64,000 nt of DNA from Alphaproteobacteria bacterium (GTDB lineage: Bacteria; Pseudomonadota; Alphaproteobacteria; JABAAW01; JAHZMA01). The notes under the pieces were generated by a model. The model was not told the DNA's origin. It worked only from the letters and a program-made list of their open reading frames with translations, and did no database searches. The position numbers and the translations under genes are program-made. How positions within the stretch are numbered: the stretch's first letter is position 1; each line of letters starts with the position of its first letter. Below, in pieces: positions 61,925 through 64,000 of the stretch. The DNA is taken from assembly GCA_965243045.1 (NCBI GenBank), contig CBDETR010000004.1, forward strand, positions 160,308 to 224,307, read 5' to 3'.

Positions 61925-64000
61925 ATGAGCCATCCTTTGACCATTCAAATTTTGCCCTGCCAATCCTTACATCTTGAATGGCAGGCAAGCCAATTCACCT
62001 ATTTATGCGATGCTGATGCCCCGAAAATTGGGCAAATTTGCCTTGTTCCATTCGGACGCAACGATTTATTAGGCATTTGTGTAAGCCATGCAAAACCCGT
62101 TGAAGCAAAACCAAAATTCACTCTGAAGCCTATCAAAGAAATTTTATCCCTGCCAGCTTTATTGCATACCCATATCGATTTTATCAAGAAATTTTCAGAC
62201 TATAATATGATTTCACCCGGCGCGGTGCTTAAAATGATGATAGCCCCTGCAACAAATGCCACCCAAAATTATGAAACATTTTATCAACTGCAAGTGAAGC
62301 ATGATGATTCCAGTATCAAAATGACAAAGTTACGCCAAAATTTTATCGAACAAGCCAAAAATTTACCACCTTTGCCTCTTAAATTACTGGCAGAAGAAAC
62401 AAGAGTGAGTGCCAATAGCATCAAAAAAATGGTGGAGTTAAAGATGGTTACGACCATCACACAAAAAGAAAATCTGAACATTGCCTTGCCTGATATTCAT
62501 CATAACCCCCCTATTTTAAGCGATGAACAGCAAATTGCATGGCACAGAATGCAACAGCATTTAACCGAAAATGAAGTAATTTTGCTAGATGGTGAAACAG
62601 GTTCGGGCAAAACAGCCCTTTATTTTGAAGCGGTTGCAAAAACTTTAGAAGCGGGCAAACAGGTGCTGATTTTATTACCTGAAATCGCGCTCACACGGCA
62701 ATTCGTGCATCATTTCAAAGCGCGTTTCGGGCAACCGCCTTTATTATGGCATTCCGCACAAACACCTGCACAAAAGCGAGCCATCTGGAAAAAAGCTATC
62801 CATAAGGCTCCATGTTGTTTCATGGGGGCGCGTTCAGGATTATTGCTGCCGTTTAAAAATTTAGGGCTTATCATCATTGATGAAGAACATGATAGCTCTT
62901 ATAAACAACATGAGGGGCATATTTATCATGCCCGCGATATGGCGGTGTTGCGTGCAAAAATAGATAATATCTCCATCATTTTAGCATCGGCGACGCCATC
63001 ATTAGAAACCATTGTTAATACTGAAAAAGGGCGTTATCAAAAAGTGCGCTTACAACATCGTTATGGCGGTGCAACCATGCCCGATGTGCAATTAATTGAT
63101 TTACGCAAACAGATTCATCAAAAAGGTAAATTTATCAGCACCCCCATCATTGAACAATTAAGCAAAGGCTTGAACGAAAAAAAACAATCCATTTTATTTT
63201 TGAATCGCCGTGGCTTTGCGCCTTTATTATTGTGCCGTTCCTGCGGTTATCGTTTTATGTGCGATTATTGCGATGCATGGCTGGTAGAACACAGAAAAAC
63301 AAACCATCTGGAATGCCACCATTGCGGGCATAAAGCCAATTTGCCCACAACATGTCCGCATTGTTCGGGCGATGATTTATTGCCTTGCGGACCCGGTATT
63401 GAACGTATTGCCGAAGAAACACGCGAATTGTTTCCCGATGCCAATATTCAGTTGATGTCATCAGACCATATCAAAAAGCAAAATGAAACAGAAAAATTGA
63501 TTACTGCCATGCAACATGGTGAGATTGATATTTTAATCGGCACGCAAATTTTAACCAAAGGATATCATTTTTCAAATCTAAGTTTTGTAGGAGTAATTGA
63601 TGCGGATTTATCATTGGCAGGGGGTGATTTACGTGCAGGCGAGCGCACCTATCAGTTGCTTTATCAGGTTATGGGCAGGGCGGGGCGCGAACAGCACGGC
63701 ACCGTGATGCTACAAACTACCCATCCGGAACATATCTTATTTCAATCATTGACCCATTATGACCGAGACGCATTTTACGATGCCGAGAAAAAAATCCGCA
63801 TGCAAGATGAATGGCCCCCCTTCGGACGCATGGCAATGCTGATTTTAAAAGCAAAAAATCAAGAAAATTTAACATTATTTGCCAATCAGTTGAAAAAATC
63901 ATTGCCAAAAGCCAATAACATCACCGTGCTAGGACCTGCCCTTGCCCCTTTGGCGCGGGTTAATAATCAATGGCAAATTCGATTTTTACTCAGATGCAAA
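61925..64000 (+). CDS. priA: primosomal protein N' (PriA helicase), 3'-truncated by window end
   Basis: Not in the ORF track because it runs off the window. Reading from ATG 61925 gives MSHPLTIQILPCQSL..., then Walker A LLDGETGSGKTALYF, DEEH-type IIIDEEHDSSYK and the Cys-rich zinc region CRSCGYRFMCDYCD...CHHCGHKANLPTTCPHCSGD. Confidence 0.85.
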   Translation, partial: MSHPLTIQILPCQSLHLEWQASQFTYLCDADAPKIGQICLVPFGRNDLLGICVSHAKPVEAKPKFTLKPIKEILSLPALLHTHIDFIKKFSDYNMISPGAVLKMMIAPATNATQNYETFYQLQVKHDDSSIKMTKLRQNFIEQAKNLPPLPLKLLAEETRVSANSIKKMVELKMVTTITQKENLNIALPDIHHNPPILSDEQQIAWHRMQQHLTENEVILLDGETGSGKTALYFEAVAKTLEAGKQVLILLPEIALTRQFVHHFKARFGQPPLLWHSAQTPAQKRAIWKKAIHKAPCCFMGARSGLLLPFKNLGLIIIDEEHDSSYKQHEGHIYHARDMAVLRAKIDNISIILASATPSLETIVNTEKGRYQKVRLQHRYGGATMPDVQLIDLRKQIHQKGKFISTPIIEQLSKGLNEKKQSILFLNRRGFAPLLLCRSCGYRFMCDYCDAWLVEHRKTNHLECHHCGHKANLPTTCPHCSGDDLLPCGPGIERIAEETRELFPDANIQLMSSDHIKKQNETEKLITAMQHGEIDILIGTQILTKGYHFSNLSFVGVIDADLSLAGGDLRAGERTYQLLYQVMGRAGREQHGTVMLQTTHPEHILFQSLTHYDRDAFYDAEKKIRMQDEWPPFGRMAMLILKAKNQENLTLFANQLKKSLPKANNITVLGPALAPLARVNNQWQIRFLLRCK

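Overview
This is a 64-kb AT-rich bacterial chromosomal segment made up almost entirely of core housekeeping genes. The gene order (nuoN-birA-coaX-rnj, fabA-fabB, separate nuoC and nuoD, very large NAD-GDH) suggests an alphaproteobacterium. Left to right: two tandem aldehyde dehydrogenases (+), tRNA-Pro(GGG) (-), an AT-rich orphan SAM-methyltransferase bracketed by a perfect 31-bp direct repeat, grxC and a C-N hydrolase (+). A long minus-strand ribosomal block follows: dut, adk, secY, then rplO back through the spc and S10 operons, tuf, fusA, rpsG and rpsL. After a 412-bp leader come an orphan P-loop protein, metA, a 1589-aa NAD-glutamate dehydrogenase and yaaA (+), then nth and a COQ9-like gene (-), a FemAB-like DUF482 gene (+), and rnj-coaX-birA followed by the complete 14-gene nuoN..nuoA operon (-). 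The right end holds trmL-hemF (+), a small membrane protein with cytochrome c peroxidase (-), a 2-hydroxyacid dehydrogenase, a secreted DUF3179 protein, fabA-fabB-pyrE-trpF (+), two tandem small OMP paralogs, xerC with its DUF484 partner, transaldolase (-) and the 5' part of priA (+). I found no defence system, prophage, IS element or CRISPR array. The features worth a second look are: the repeat-flanked methyltransferase insertion next to tRNA-Pro (the repeat looks like a duplicated tRNA promoter); an ~110-aa lysine-rich, histone-H1-like tail on ribosomal protein L15 encoded by perfect 15-bp tandem repeats; C7 homopolymer-containing 12-bp repeats in the 5' end of trmL; a terminator-like hairpin plus a tandem repeat with variable C tracts in front of the FemAB-like gene; and an orphan P-loop protein with an operator-like palindrome between rpsL and metA.
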